Assembly: GCA_964016885.1 (NCBI GenBank)
Contig: OZ024740.1
Span: forward strand, 68,076,001 to 68,140,000
Direction: 5' to 3'
From: Eledone cirrhosa
Lineage: Eukaryota
DNA: 64,000 nucleotides
Part shown: positions 1 to 14,918 of the stretch, in pieces
How positions within the stretch are numbered: the stretch's first letter is position 1
Layout: the number at the start of each line of letters is the position of its first letter
Made by a program: the position numbers and the translations under genes
Notes under the pieces: model-generated
What the model saw: only the letters and a program-made list of their open reading frames with translations
The model's database searches: none
What the model was told of the DNA's origin: nothing

Positions 1-94
1 CTTTACAGCAATTAATCTACAACAAGTACACAGAATGTTATGTGACGCCAGGGACAAATTGTGGTGTCTGTTACAGCACAAGAAGCGTGCTTAT

Positions 95-534
<440 letters not shown>

Positions 535-1397
535 GCATACACGCACGCTCACACATACACACAAACAAACACAACAACACACCCGGAGACATATTTACGT
601 TTTGTAGACAAAAATTACGTAGCTCAAATTTTTTTTCGTTAAATCTATTACGCGAACTTATATCAAACGACATTCATTTTTGTCCGTTAAAATGTCTGTC
701 TCTTTACGTCTTCACCGATAAACTAAACTTAACTACTGAAGTCTTCCTCAAACTTTTTCTATATTTAATGACAGACATATAAATATGTAATTGGATTTTG
801 TCACTTGCTCTTTTATTAGATTGAGTTTAATGTTATAAAGCCGTTCTGAATATTAAGTTACATTTGGAATTTCATGCAGAGATTCCAATGACTTGATGAA
901 AGAATATTTCAATTGGTCATATGAAATGATAGCGACCAAAGGTATTTTGTTTTATATTTATTACATTATTATTTCAATTTATTTTGTATTCAAATCATGT
1001 TATTTATTTATAATATATTTTACTTTTGATATATTCTATTTGTTCAGATATTCATTTATTGTTATACGATTAATTTCCACTTGCTTGCGTTTCAGAAACA
1101 TTACCGATATGCTTAAAGATGTTTAATGTGATACAATGATAATTATAGAAGGAACTAAAAAGTATATTCATTATAAAATCAAACGTGCTACAATCGTCAC
1201 TCCCCATTTCACTTTCTCTATCTGTCTGTCCCATTCTATTTCATACACGCACGCAGATACACGTATAGATAGACAATCTCACATGCATACATTTGCGGAG
1301 ACAGACAAAGAGTTGATTTACAATGTTCGGTTATATACACAAATTATATATGGATTAGAGACATACACGAACACGAAGTAATACATAAACCACCCCA

Positions 1398-1444
<47 letters not shown>

Positions 1445-1484
1445 ACATATACGTATATATATATGTATATATATGTATATATAT

Positions 1485-1751
<267 letters not shown>

Positions 1752-2535
1752 AATGTTACTTAACGGTAATAAAAGATCGTAAAATATATAAATACGTTGA
1801 GTATATAGAATAATTTGTCATTCAAATGACGAACAAATTTATCACTAATCGGGTGGTAAAAAATGTTAATCGGTCAAATGAATATATTATAATGACAGAT
1901 ATTTAACATGAATTAATCTGAATCCTGATGCAATTGAGCTGGCAAAATATCAGTCTTTGAAGGATAATGGCCGGCACTTTTTTTGTTGTCTTCCACTTTC
2001 TATTTCGCTCTTTGATGAGGTCATAGTAAACACCAAAAGCGATGAAAAGGAATTATAATCATAAAAAAAAGGCAAAGAAAAATGTTATACTTTTTAAGTA
2101 GGAAAAAAAAGTTTAAACCAGAATACCGGAATTCAAGAGATTTCAGTCTTTTGTTTTTTTATCATTAATATATTTTATATTCATACACAGAATAAGTAAG
2201 CCACAACCTTTGGTTTCAAGGTCTAGTGATTAGCTTCTCAGCAAACAGTGCGCAGCAATACAAAATGTGTAGAGGAGCATTTGGAATTGTGAAATAAATA
2301 GTAATGTAGCGCTTTATTTGTTCTGTATATGAACAAAAATAAATAATATATCAACTCTCTTAGACAAGAACGATCATTCTTTTCCTTCTTACTTTTTTCC
2401 GACCCACAGGCACACACGCACACACACACATACACATGCATACGCACATATGTATAGACACACACACACTCATATATATGTACACACACGCACACACACA
2501 CACAAACACACATATATATATATATATAAATATAT

Positions 2536-2668
2536 AACGAAGGAGTTGTGGTAAGGAACCAGATGGACCATAACGCACCAGAGTACTCAATACTTAGGGT
2601 AGTAGAGTGGCTCCAGAAATAGCCGTCGAGACGGCTTGAGCTTTGCTGTCGGGGTCATACTTTTTCCT
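2536..2668 (+). repeat. Short TA-inserted hairpin repeat family (other copies at 30705-30862 minus and 39807-39860)
   Basis: Shared aacgaaggag..tgtggtaaggaacca...agccgtcgaaacggcttgagct..gtcggg sequence at three loci, each bounded by (TA)n. Confidence 0.75.
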
Positions 2669-2886
2669 ATATAAATATATATATATATATATTTGAAAAT
2701 GGGGTAAGGTTCTATACAAAATAGAGGCTATGGAGAACAAGTGGAATTGAAAATGACACGAAAAATATATTTAAAGGATCTGTTTTTCTGTTCTTCTTTG
2801 ATTCGTCAATGAGACATTATTGAAAAAATAGGAGGAACAATTTCTTTAAAATAAAAGGAGTTTTATAACGTATATAAAATATATAA

Positions 2887-2934
2887 AATATAACTGGTTT
2901 CGATGTATTAGTGCAATCCATCTTATCAAATGTT
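2887..2934 (-). ncRNA. Type I hammerhead ribozyme, U3-A8 core variant (family A), slightly decayed
   Basis: rc: AACAU UUGAUAA GAUGGAUUG-CAC-UAAUACAUC GAAA CCAG UU AUAUU; stems I and II and the core are present. Confidence 0.6.
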
Positions 2935-3189
2935 GAACGAATTAAGAATTTAAAATAAAAAAATCAGTTTGGAAGAAGGTTTGTTCATCTTTCTTGTTGA
3001 GAAGAAGACTGGATCTAACATGGAACTTTATATATATATAGAGAGAGAGTAGTAGTAGTAGTAGGAGGAGTAGTAGTAGTAGTTGTGTATTTTCACAGAC
3101 ATAATGTTCCAATAATGTCACATTAACGAAACAAAGGAGAACAAAAGAAAAACCAGATATTTTAAATATATTGTTGTGCTATTTCGAAT

Positions 3190-3275
<86 letters not shown>

Positions 3276-5079
3276 GTTTGGGATGTTTTAAATAGATATT
3301 ACATTATAATATTTAAATAAAGTATGGTTATTTCTCTTCTGATTTTTCCAAGCAGGATTCAGTACATCGCACCATTAGTTTAAACTAGTCATCATGGAGA
3401 ACATTAGGACAGTTTCGCTTGCATAGATTATGAAGAAAGTCGTAAAGACAAATTAAAGCCAGAGATACACAATCATTGACTTGGACTAAGCCAGTGATGT
3501 TACAACCTACATTTCGTGTGTGTTTTGAGTGGTGCATGAGAGTGCGTGTGTGTGTATTTGTGTGTTTGTGTGGTTGTATGAGTGTGTGTGTGTGCGTGTG
3601 CTTGTGAGTGTGTGAAAAAGACAGAGAGAAAGTGTGTATATATATGCCATTTGTTCATCAGCTAAATGGAAGGTCATTATCACCGAGTTTGGCACATTGT
3701 CATTTCAATAATGTCAATCATATATGAATAAACTTCTGGCAGTGCTACTGGACTGGTTGGGTGGGGAAGCATTATCACTTCGAGTTAAACAGTACAGGTG
3801 CAGAAATTTTGTTAGCGAACACTGTCCAAGGGCGAGGAAACAGTCTTGCACGCTCTTGTCCAGTATCCGTACAATGCTGCTTTAGGAAACTTGTCGAAGG
3901 GCTGATGGCGCCAGTAGAAAATATTTGCTATTGACTGATTCCATCGTAAAGATAGTCACATCATTTCTCTTTATTCCAAAAGGACATTCACTTTCAATTT
4001 GTCTGGGGGCTATAGTGAAAGGTATGTGTACAGGCACTTTCTTCTCCAACGTAGCCCCGACTAACATTTTCAAATGTCTGGAAAAAAAATCATTGTGGCG
4101 AGGGAATTGCTCCCTTTCAACAAATGCAAGGGAGGATGCCAGTGCCAAACATGGCCGAGTGAACGAATCTCCTCTGAATATACGCTTGTAGATTGGAAGA
4201 AATATTTTCCCAAGCGGTCAGGATCACCAGTTCTTGGAGGTTTCCCCACATTTGAGGAAACTTATTTGAAGTTTTGTTACATACTTGTTGATTTCTTATG
4301 TAATTTTTACGAGCAAAAAACTCATGTCATACTATACTTTGCCGTCTTAATGTTTTTTCGTGTGGACGCTTTGTGGTTAATACCATATATAATATATTTC
4401 CCGACTAGCGGGAAGAGAATCTTGTTTTCGGAGTTGATTAACGCCCTTGAAATGTGGACAGGACACACGTTCTAATATATCAGAGACGTATTATGAATAA
4501 GCTGACTAATCTGACGTCTATGGTTTCTGCAGGGTCTAGGAACCTCATAGAGATAAAGGTTCCGTAAATTTGTTTTATTTGCTGTAACGTGGGTGATAGA
4601 TTGATGTGACAGAAAGGTCCGGAAATACGTGAAAGGTAGCGGGCACGGTTTTGTGTTGTTAATGCAATGCACACCACACGAGAAAGCATGGAAACACGGA
4701 TGTGAAATGATAACACTAACTGTAACTTACACACATCTGGGATAGTAGGAAAAAAAACATCCACAAAGAAACAAGGAAAATAATAAAACGAGGAGATAAC
4801 ACAGAGCGACGTATTTAGATTACTGTAGGAAAAAAAGTATGTTTCTAATATTTAACCATTAAAATTATGCAGTTAACCGATAATATCTTTATACCAGACC
4901 ATAATTGCACATCGTTTCTAAAGATATGTCATTTTAGAAGATATCATATCGACGTAGATAACAACGGGAATTAGGTTATTAATAGCAATTTATATTTTCT
5001 GTTCATTTAAAGTAGAATTGTGGAAATTTTAAACCCCAAGAGACATTTTTTGAGAAAAAAAATAAGTGTCTAATATACA

Positions 5080-5735
5080 TACAAGGCCAGCAATACTTTG
5101 GGGAGGGAAATGTCGATTAAAGGGACACTAGTACTTGAGGTCTACTTTAATGTATCGACTCTGGTAGTTTTGAGGCAAAAAACATAGAGAAGCGTAACTG
5201 GCGATTGTGAAAATCTACTTTAGGAATAAGCCTGCAATTACCCCAGTGCATTACTGGTACTTTATTTTATCAACTCCGTAAGGATAAAATGCAAAGCTAA
5301 CCTCGACGGGATTTGAAATTAGAACTTAAAGGGCCATGACTCTATGTTGCAAATCATGGTGTTCGACGCTCTACCGATTTTGCTAATCCAACGCCTTTTA
5401 TAGTGATTTCTAGTATAGGCGCAAGGCCATTAATTTGGGAGGAGGCGAAAGTCGATTAAATCGATCCCAGTGCGTGATTGGTACTTTATTTTATCGACCC
5501 GTAAGGATGAAAGGCAAAGTTAACCTCGACGAGATTTGAACTCAGATTATAAAGGGCCGTAACTCTATGTTGCAAAGCATGGTGTCTGACACTCTACCGA
5601 TACCGCCAATCCAAATAATAATAATTATTATTATTATCCGCCGAGGTTGACTTTGACATTCATCCTTACGGGGTCGATAAAATAAAGTACCAGTAATGTA
5701 CTGGATAATTGCTGGCCTTGTGCCTAAAGTAGAAA
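5080..5735. mobile_element. Cluster of tRNA-derived SINE copies (three minus-strand, one inverted partial at 5640-5735)
   Basis: Repeated ggtactttattttatcgaccc..aaggatgaaaggcaaagttaacctcg..ggatttgaactcaga; the rc contains B-box GAGTTCAAATCC and an A-box-like TGGCGGTATCGG. Confidence 0.8.
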
Positions 5736-5744
5736 CAATTATTT

Positions 5745-6550
5745 CTTTATTGTCCAATAGGGCCTACATGTAGGTGACAATACAATAGTACAAGATGAAG
5801 CAGTGCAGGTTTTCGTGTAAAATAGAATTTAAAACAGAGATTAAGCAAATAAACATTAAAAAAAATAAAATAACAAATTCCCTAAAGGTAACGTGGCTGC
5901 AAGGGTTACTCGTAGGAGAAAGCCCAGAAAAAATACGGTCACCCTGACCGCTAGGGCAAGCGCCCTATCACAATTGTCCTCTTTCAATACTACAGGCCAT
6001 TCACACGGGCCATTCTTGCCTCTCTCAACCATCTTTCAGCAAACGGGCTGGAAAGCCGCAATTCTCTCTCCATCATTATTTTTCTTTTCAGGTGAAATCT
6101 GAAAAAAGTTTATGAGAGCGTCACCGAAGAGAAAGGTGCTCGTCTTCAACCCCTTCAGACGCGTCCACCATACGACCTCTTTTACCATGGCCACGAGGCA
6201 GAGATAAACTGCCTGTCCTTTCTGATTAAAGGAGGGTGACAGGACAATCTACATGATGGATTCAGCTAATAGACGAATCCGTCCTACACGGGACAGCAGA
6301 TGTTCGACATAAATCCAAAAGTCAGCGATACACTTGGTGAATGCATGCAGGATGGTCTCGTCGCCCTGCACGCATCTCGATCAGGTGCAGCTCACGGCAC
6401 TTCTATGCCTGTAAAGTTTATCTCGAATTAGCAACACTTCTCGGTAACACTGCCAGGTCAGGGGTTTTCGGAATTTATCCTTTGTTCATGGACCAAAGTC
6501 CTCCGGACGATAATAACAGTTGGGTTTTCGTCGACGACCAGATTTTCTCC
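5745..6550 (-). mobile_element. 3' fragment of a Tx1/L1-type non-LTR retrotransposon (decayed)
   Basis: rc translates to AVYLCLVAMVKEVVWWTRLKGL...INFFRFHLKRKIMMERE...FAERWLR, like an L1/Tx1 ORF2 C-terminus; AATAAA near the 3' end at about 5746. Confidence 0.6.
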
Positions 6551-7515
6551 AAAGAATATTAATAATGTGGATGATGATAAAGATGATGATGGTGCTTATG
6601 ATAATTATTCAGACTATCAGTGCCACAAAATTACTATAAATAAACAAATAAAAATATATATGAAAAATTCAGCGGCAGAGTCCCAGCGTGGCCTCAGTCT
6701 GTAGTTTGTTGGAACTCATAATAGAGCAATAGAGTATTCGTTAAATTTTTCTTAATGCTGTCGTTGGCTTTGCATCTTATTTGAAATTGCTTCAAAGTGA
6801 GGGTCATAAGTGGTGGCTTTTATTTTTAACAAAATTATAGATTTAATAAAAAGAAATTGAGAAAGCCCGTAACCTATTCGTGACAGACTAAAGTGACGCA
6901 AGTTCCTGACCTCTATTTTACATGATGTAAAATGACCATGTAGATACAGCAGAATAGAAAATGTTAAGTTGAGAGAAATGATAACATTTACTAACATATT
7001 TCTTATTTATTCCCGCGTTTATTATATGGTGAGATAATTTCACAAAGTGAACAGATCGCCATTGAGTACTCTGGTGTTCTTCGTCTCCAGATTATCGTCT
7101 TTCACCATCAATCTGGGTGGAAGGCATTACTGCTGCGGGCAAAGTTCAAGAAGACGAAATGTCTTCTGCCATCTTGTTCGCAAAGCGTTGCAGAGTTATG
7201 CCATCCAACAAAATATGTTGAGTATTCCCACCCACATTCCTCCATTTTTTATTTTTTATTTATACCTGTGTTTGTTTTTCATGAATAAAATTTGAATACC
7301 TCACATGAGATATATACCTTGGTTAATAGAGTATGTTTCAGGCATTAATTCATGCAATAATCTCACTTACTCAATTGTTATTCTATCACTGTATAAGTAA
7401 GTAATCTATTTTAAAGAAAGGATGGTTAGTTTTTGTGTCATTGCTGACGCTGTGCTCTCACACACTCCTTCATGCACCATCCCACAGGTACATATCCATA
7501 TATATATATATACAT

Positions 7516-7654
<139 letters not shown>

Positions 7655-7824
7655 ATGTTGAAAAGGTAACACACTAGAGAGAGATACAGTGCGGTATCAA
7701 TAAAACAGGGAAAAACCACCAGTGTATGGAATCTATAACCTATGAAAGGCAGAGTAGACACACGAAAAATAACATTATTGACAGGGAATAGCGAGAGTCT
7801 ATGGCTCCGTTAATTTATCGTGAG

Positions 7825-7911
<87 letters not shown>

Positions 7912-7939
7912 CATATATATATATATATAAATATATATA

Positions 7940-8520
7940 TATATAAGTATGTATACGTACATACATATATGTATACAGACGTACAACGTACAATAGAATG
8001 TATATTTATACATACATACACACATATATATATATATATATGTACGTATGGATTCACCGAACATTTATTATAATGCTCGGTTTGTTTTAAACAAACATCC
8101 GAATTAAGCCGTACAATGTTTAGCAAAGATCGTTGCCCTTTTGTTCAACACTGACAAACGAACGATGTACTAGTTTCAAGCTTATAAGCTATCGTCAGCA
8201 CCGTATACCTTCCTGCCAGATGATTGAACGTCTGAAAGTATATACTTTCCTTATGCATATTAACGGCTGAGCAGCCTAATTTGCATATCGAGTGAGTTAA
8301 TCGGCCGGGCGCACCGAAAATGATAAACGGAAAAAATGAAACGAAATTTCATTTATCACTCTTAGTACGGCTGTTACTTAAAAGTAAGTATGCATGTATG
8401 TATATATATACATACTGCGGTACGTCTGTAGAAATATGTGTATGTACGTATACATACTTATATTTAAGTAACAGCCGTACTGAGAGTGAGAAATGAAATT
8501 TCGTTTCATTTTTGCCGTTT
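7940..8520 (-). mobile_element. Non-coding HHR-bearing element, family B (about 430-bp unit), with an inverted partial copy at about 8430-8520
   Basis: Matches 63390-64000 in reverse; flanked by (TA)n. Confidence 0.8.
8162..8204 (-). ncRNA. Minimal type I hammerhead ribozyme (family B)
   Basis: rc: ACGGUG CUGACGA U AGCU-UAUA-AGCU U GAAA CUAG UA CAUCGU; canonical core, 6-bp stem I, palindromic ACUAGU stem III. Confidence 0.9.
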
Positions 8521-8737
8521 ATATAGATATATATTTATATATATATATATATATAAATATATATATTTAAAATTAGAATTGGTTGTCTGAAATAGCTATA
8601 TATATATGAATGTATATATATAGTGTATTTTGAAATACACTCTATGCTTAATTAAAAGCATTTCGAAGAACTTATGCTATTGTTTTAGAGTAGTGTCAGA
8701 CTCACTTAATTTAATATTCAGCAAACAGGGGAGATAA

Positions 8738-8782
8738 AGCTGACAGGGCACTGTTTCGCATTTATTGATGCTTATCTAAGCC
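8738..8782 (-). ncRNA. Hammerhead ribozyme family C copy (mutated core UAGAUAA)
   Basis: rc GGCU UAGAUAA GCAU-CAAUAA-AUGC GAAA CAGUGCCCUG UC AGCU. Confidence 0.65.
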
Positions 8783-9057
8783 AACTACTCCTCCTGTCTG
8801 CTGAAATCATGGATGTTTGGCTCTTATAGAATTCTAGTAAATTATCAGGAACTGCTTATACAGAGCGTTTGCCGGTCAAGCAGAAATTGAAAATTAGAAT
8901 TGGTGCTTTGAAATAGCTATATATATATGAATGTATATATAGTGTACTTTGAAAATAGACTGTATGCTTAATTAAAAGCATTTCGAAGACCTTATGCTAT
9001 TGTTTTAGTGTAGTGACAGACTCACTTACTTTAATTTTCAGCAAACAGGGGAGATAA

Positions 9058-9102
9058 AGCTGACATGGCCCTGTTTCGCATTTATTGACGCTTATCAAAG
9101 CC
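9058..9102 (-). ncRNA. Hammerhead ribozyme family C copy (U3-A8)
   Basis: rc GGCU UUGAUAA GCGU-CAAUAA-AUGC GAAA CAGGGCCAUG UC AGCU. Confidence 0.75.
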
Positions 9103-9266
9103 AACTACTCCTCCTGTCTGCTGAAATCATAGCTCTTTCAGAGCACCAATTCTAATATTCAATTTCTGCTTCACCGGCAACCGCTCTGTATATTCAGTTC
9201 CTGATTATTTACGAGAATTCTATGAGAACCAAACATCCATGATTTCAGCAGACAAGAGTAGTAGTT

Positions 9267-9311
9267 GGCTTTGATAAGCATCAATAAATGCGAAACAGGG
9301 CCCTGTCAGCT
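9267..9311 (+). ncRNA. Hammerhead ribozyme family C (U3-A8 variant, structurally intact)
   Basis: GGCU UUGAUAA GCAU-CAAUAA-AUGC GAAA CAGGGCCCUG UC AGCU; palindromic stem III ACAGGGCCCUGU; GUC cleavage triplet. Confidence 0.85.
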
Positions 9312-10477
9312 TTATCTCCCCTGTTTGCTGAAAATTAAAGTAAGTGAGACTGTCACTACTCTAAAACAATTGCATACTGTCTTCGAAATTCTCTTTAATT
9401 AAGCATACAGTGGTTTGCAAAGTACACTATATATACATTCATATATATATAAATATATATATCGCCCTCGTTATCGAGTATGACCATTGCATGATATACC
9501 ATTATTAATAATTATTAATTAATTCTATAGTGCAATGCCTGTGCGTGAAGATATTTTTTTAAAGTGAGGAAAGACTGTGCACTGAGCCAATCCCACTCTC
9601 TGAGTGACAGTAGCTATAACCCGAAAAGAAGAAAAGATCAACATCATCGGTAACTACTGAGCCGCAGGTTTTATATCGGAGTTATCCCAGTTTCCCGAGT
9701 TGCCTTCTCCTACAAGAATGCCCTGAGAAATCTAGGGGTCCTTCACTCCCAGTGGTTTAACCGCGCGGTACATGTGGATATACATATTTACACACTTCTG
9801 GATGGCCGTTGACTCTTATGAGTTCCCCCACCCTTTGCCGGGTCACTCTTCAGTGCTACTGGTAACATGTAACCCAGTACAACCTGTCGCATGGTCGGAT
9901 CGTCGGCGACTAAACTGGCAACCTCACGAAGTTTACTTGGTGAGTAGGGTGATTTGGGACACACTGCAGGACAAATAAAAAACCTGTCAAAGGGCGGATA
10001 TATATATATATATATACATCTGTGTGGAGGGGTGCAATGGAAATGTGTGTGTGTGTGTGTGTGTGTGAATCTCCTGGTAAATGTTTGATAAGTCAAATAC
10101 ACAAGTCAAGGCTACAGTATAGAAATGTTGCGAAATTGTTTCAAACTTGGACCCATCTAGTTGCCAAGGAAACTCTTAACTACATGAATATATCTGCATC
10201 TACAGTCATAAAGGAAAAAGAATACCCTGTCGAAAAAAAACATATTTTCTGAATAAACACTTGTATTTATGATAACACAAAATCACTGCGTGGATGTAAA
10301 AACGTCATTCGAGTTTATATATTTTTACGTACATACACACATACATATATATGTGTGTGGGAGTGGTGGAGTCCGTGTGCATGTATATATGTGTATTATG
10401 TTTATTTATATAATACCCTCTTATATCATATTTTATATATAGTTAGTGTTTCCACACACACCAACTCAGACACACAT

Positions 10478-10529
<52 letters not shown>

Positions 10530-10556
10530 TATATTTTTATATATATACATACATAC

Positions 10557-10588
<32 letters not shown>

Positions 10589-10606
10589 GTACATATATAT
10601 ATATAC

Positions 10607-10681
<75 letters not shown>

Positions 10682-10728
10682 CATATACATACACACATAT
10701 ATACATACATACATATATACATACATAC

Positions 10729-10759
<31 letters not shown>

Positions 10760-10820
10760 CATACATATACATATATACATATATATATATATACATACAT
10801 ATATATTTACATACACACAA

Positions 10821-10882
<62 letters not shown>

Positions 10883-11320
10883 TTAGTTATAACCGAATGC
10901 TTGAAATCAGGGCTCTTAGATAAAACATGTGTAGTTTTGCCCACTCTCATAACATATGATTATTTACCTTCACCATTCAAGTGTTATATTAAAAGCGAAA
11001 ATCCTTCTCATAGAAAAAGGAATCTGCTTATTTTCAAGATTTGCTTTTCATACCGCGCACGTTATAAATCTTATATACTTGTAAATAATAAATATATTTA
11101 TGTACATGTAAGAAACAAAGGCATTTCGTCAATGCATATGAAACTCACGCGCCCTCGCATGCATATGCACGCACATCATATCGCACTCACACATAAACAC
11201 ACACACACATAGATATAAACACATGTATATACATATATATATATATATCTACATATATATATATATACATACATATATATATACATACATATATAAATAC
11301 ATATATAAATACATATATAA

Positions 11321-11415
<95 letters not shown>

Positions 11416-11510
11416 TACTTTTGGAACTACAACTGGAACCGTCGAGCAAACTCTACGTGAGCTGATAATCTACTGTGTGTAATATTTATATTACAACACA
11501 ACGGAAAATA

Positions 11511-11555
<45 letters not shown>

Positions 11556-11656
11556 CATATATATATAATTACATATATATATAAATACATAGTGAACAAG
11601 AACAACAAATCCTAAAGTTACCACCAAAATTTGCCATCTACAAAAAGATTAACCCT

Positions 11657-14608
11657 GTGGAATGCAAAACGGAGCTGGAAAAGTGTTTCACAAAAATACG
11701 TTGGAATGCAAAGGTAAACAACAACAACAATAATAACGGTAGTAGTAATATAAACAATAACTCTGGGTATAGAAATAACAGCCATAACCATAACAATGGC
11801 AGGAAAGTGAGAAATAGTGATAATGGTAATAATACTAGCGATAGACAGAACAACAACAACCACAATAATAATAATAATATAAACGTTAACCACAGACACA
11901 GCAACAGTGACCACAGTAGTAATAACGGTAACAATACGAACAACAACAACAACAATAACCACAGTGGTAATAATGGAAATAGTACATGTAGCAACATCAA
12001 CAAAAACAAGAAACATAATAATAGTAACAACCACAATGGTAGAAATAGCAGTAACAACAACAACAATAACGGTGAAGTAAACAACAATACATCTAGCAAT
12101 CATAACAATAATAATATTAATGCTAATGATAGAAACAACAACAACCACCATGATAATAATAATAGCAACACACACAACTATGACGATAGAAATAACGACA
12201 ACCCCTTAGAGAAACTATTTTTCAACCCAGCTGACAAAACATATAAGATGGGTAATATCTATCCTACGAGGTTACCCTTTAATAAAAGAGTTTGCATACC
12301 ACAACAAATAGATGACGAGACGGAGGCACAGTTCACCATAGCTAGAAATAAGATTAGACAAGTAGTAGACAGGTACACTATGAGACAGAGCAGACCAGAG
12401 GCCCAACAACTTGGGATAAAACCTGTAGAAGGCTTGGTTAGCCTCAAGCAGCGCACAAGGGATGGTGAGGTAGTGTGTCTACCCACAGATAAGTCTGGTA
12501 GGATGTCAATAGATAGCATGCCGAACTACATCGAGGCAATGCAACCCCACATCACCAACACGAGCGAAGTTGCACAACTAACACACGATGGGAGAGAAAA
12601 AATCCTCAACGCTCACATGATGATGTGGACTGACATCCTAAAGCCAAGCAGACGCACTGCCAACAACTTCCAGGCGTCTAACAATGGCATACCACCCTTG
12701 TATGGGCTCCCCAAAGACCACAAGACAGTCGACGACCCGACAACAGGACCACCAACAAGACCTGTATGCGGAGCTAATATAGCTAGCAACTACAGGATCT
12801 CCTACTTCCTCTCAATGGTTATACGCCCCATAATCAAGATGTCCCCAGATGTATGTGAAAGTACAGAGGACCTCCTCAGCAGAATCAGTGAGTGCAACAA
12901 AAACAGGAGCCTATCCAACTGCATAATAGGCAGCATGGATGTGGTGTCACTGTACCCATCCATTAACATTGATTTTGCTGTGAAAAGATGTGTGGAGATG
13001 ATCATTGAGAGTGAGGTGGAGTTCTGCGACGTCGACACAGACGAACTGGGCCTCCTACTTAGACTTACCTACGACACTGACTACCTAGACAGCCATGACC
13101 TTAGATGTTTCTGCCCTAGTAGACCTATAAGAGGTAGACCCCCCACCATAACCTCAATGGCTAAAAAGACTCCCATAGGAAGGTCGATTGGGTGGACCAA
13201 AGCTATACGGACCCCCCAAAACACTGATCAGGTAAGAAAAATGGTCGCACATGCAATAGGGGCTAGTATCAAAACTACCCTAAAGGGCCACATATTTAAG
13301 TTCAATGAGAAAATCTACACCCAAAATGAGGGAGCAGCCATCGGCGTCAGCATAGCTGGCGATGTTGCCAACCTTTTCATGGTATGGTGAGAAAGGAGAC
13401 TTAAATATCTCCTTAATGAAAGCTCCATAGACCTCATCATGTACTCTCGTTATGTAGACGATATCAATATAGTTATAAGAACACTCCCACTAGAGAGCAC
13501 TAACAAGTTTGATTTAGAACGTAGCACGATGGAAAGCATCCAGCAGATAGCTAATTCCATACACCAGAGTATAACTGTAACTATAGACTTCCCTTCCAAA
13601 CACCCTAACAATAGACTACCTGTATTAGACACAGAACTCTGGATTAACACTATAGACGAGAGAGCCCAAATTCTCCACTCACACTATGCTAAACCCATGG
13701 CCTCCAAATACCTGATACTCAAAAACTCAGCAATGTCCAGTAGTGCTAAGTTTAATATTCTGATCGCAGATTTGGTACGAGTGATGAAGAATGTGTCCAG
13801 CATGTGCGACCCAACAGAAATGGAAGGACACATCCAACACTTCATCAACCGCATGCAGTTCTCTGGCTACAACCAAAGAGACAGAGTCAGAGTATACGAA
13901 GGAGCCATGGAAAAGTATAAGACCCTCATAGAACTGGACATGAAAGGAATTTGCCCACTATACAGGAGCAAATCATGGAATAGCTTAGATAGGGCTAGAC
14001 ATAAGATAGGGAAGGCCACATCATGGTACGACAACCAGAGATATCAGAGTGTCATGTTTGTGGACGCCACCCCTGGAGGGAAATTAGCTAACCAGTGTAG
14101 AAAGGCCCTGAGAAAGACCCACTTAAAAATAAAGGTGGTAGAAAAGCCAGGAACCACCATAAAATCCCTGATCAGCAAAACCTACCCTTTTAAGAAAACC
14201 CACTGTACCAATAGGAAATGTATCATATGTAAGGTGAACCCCCGGATAAACTGTAAAACTAGAAACGTAGTCTATAGCATAAGATGTACAGAGGGTACTT
14301 GCAGAAACACGACAACAACATACATAGGTGAGACAGCTCGTAGCATAGGTGAAAGGATAGACCAACACTGGGGGGAACTAAAAGGACGAAAAAACGGGTC
14401 AGTACTATACGAACATGCTAGACAACATCATGACGGTAACATAGACAACATAGAAATTAGAATAATATCTAAACATAGGAATGACCCAGCAGATAGGCAA
14501 ATCAGAGAGGCCAGTGAAATAGAAATTAGAAGACCAAAGCTAAACAGAAAGAATGAGTGGAACAACAACAACACCCAAACAAACAACACTGACCTAAGAG
14601 AAGTATAA
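11657..14608 (+). pseudogene. PLE polyprotein (Asn-rich N-terminus, RT, GIY-YIG endonuclease) with one in-frame TGA at 13388-13390
   Basis: PTDKSG, PPLYGLPKDHK, RPVC, SMDVVSLYPSI, GAAIG, YSRYVDD, LPVLD; Cx4CxxC..VVYSIRC..YIGET..R..H; ORFs 11657-13390 and 13439-14608 share a frame. Confidence 0.92.
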
Positions 14609-14876
14609 ATAAATAAGTAAATTAAATTAAATAAAATAAGATAAATAAATACATACACAAGCACATAAACACACACTAGTCACCCAGCAGACACAACACT
14701 ATACACACTAGTCACACATCACACATAACACTATACACACACGCAAACGCATGCGCAAAGAAGACAAAATAAAATAAGTTAAACAAACAAGCAAATAAAT
14801 AAATAAATATATAGACAGACTGAACAAAAAAAATGGCGTAGACATACAACACAACAGGAGGAACAATGAATATAAC

Positions 14877-14918
14877 ACCACTGACGATGTTGCAGATGTG
14901 CAACGAAAGATTTATGTA
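14877..14918 (+). ncRNA. Minimal hammerhead ribozyme in the PLE 3' repeat (family D)
   Basis: ACCA CUGACGA U GUUGCA-GAUG-UGCAAC GAAA GAUU UA UG; quasi-palindromic AGAUUU stem III; stem I partly eroded. Confidence 0.8.

Larger units (their letters stand above)
8570..9450. mobile_element. Non-coding HHR element, family C: about 1.75 tandem 320-bp units (minus) fused to one inverted unit (plus)
   Basis: 8570-8889 repeats at 8890-9130; 9131-9450 is the reverse complement; TA-rich flanks. Confidence 0.85.

Noticed and set aside
3740-4270. Moderately GC-rich stretch with 88-aa ORFs on both strands
   Set aside because: No recognisable domain or splice structure; may be an old TE remnant
11618-12175. 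Hydrophobic V/I/L-rich minus-strand ORFs resembling membrane proteins
   Set aside because: Antisense shadow of the AAC/AAT-rich Asn tract of the PLE
12652-12861. 210-bp segment missing from PLE copy 2 read as a spliced intron
   Set aside because: No GT/GC...AG boundaries in any register, and it removes conserved RT motifs; microhomology deletion
13388-13390. In-frame TGA in the PLE RT read as selenocysteine (selenoprotein PLEs exist in the Naiad clade)
   Set aside because: The paralogous copy at about 53606 has TGG (MVWWERR), the position is not a Cys site, and no SECIS was recognised; a simple nonsense mutation
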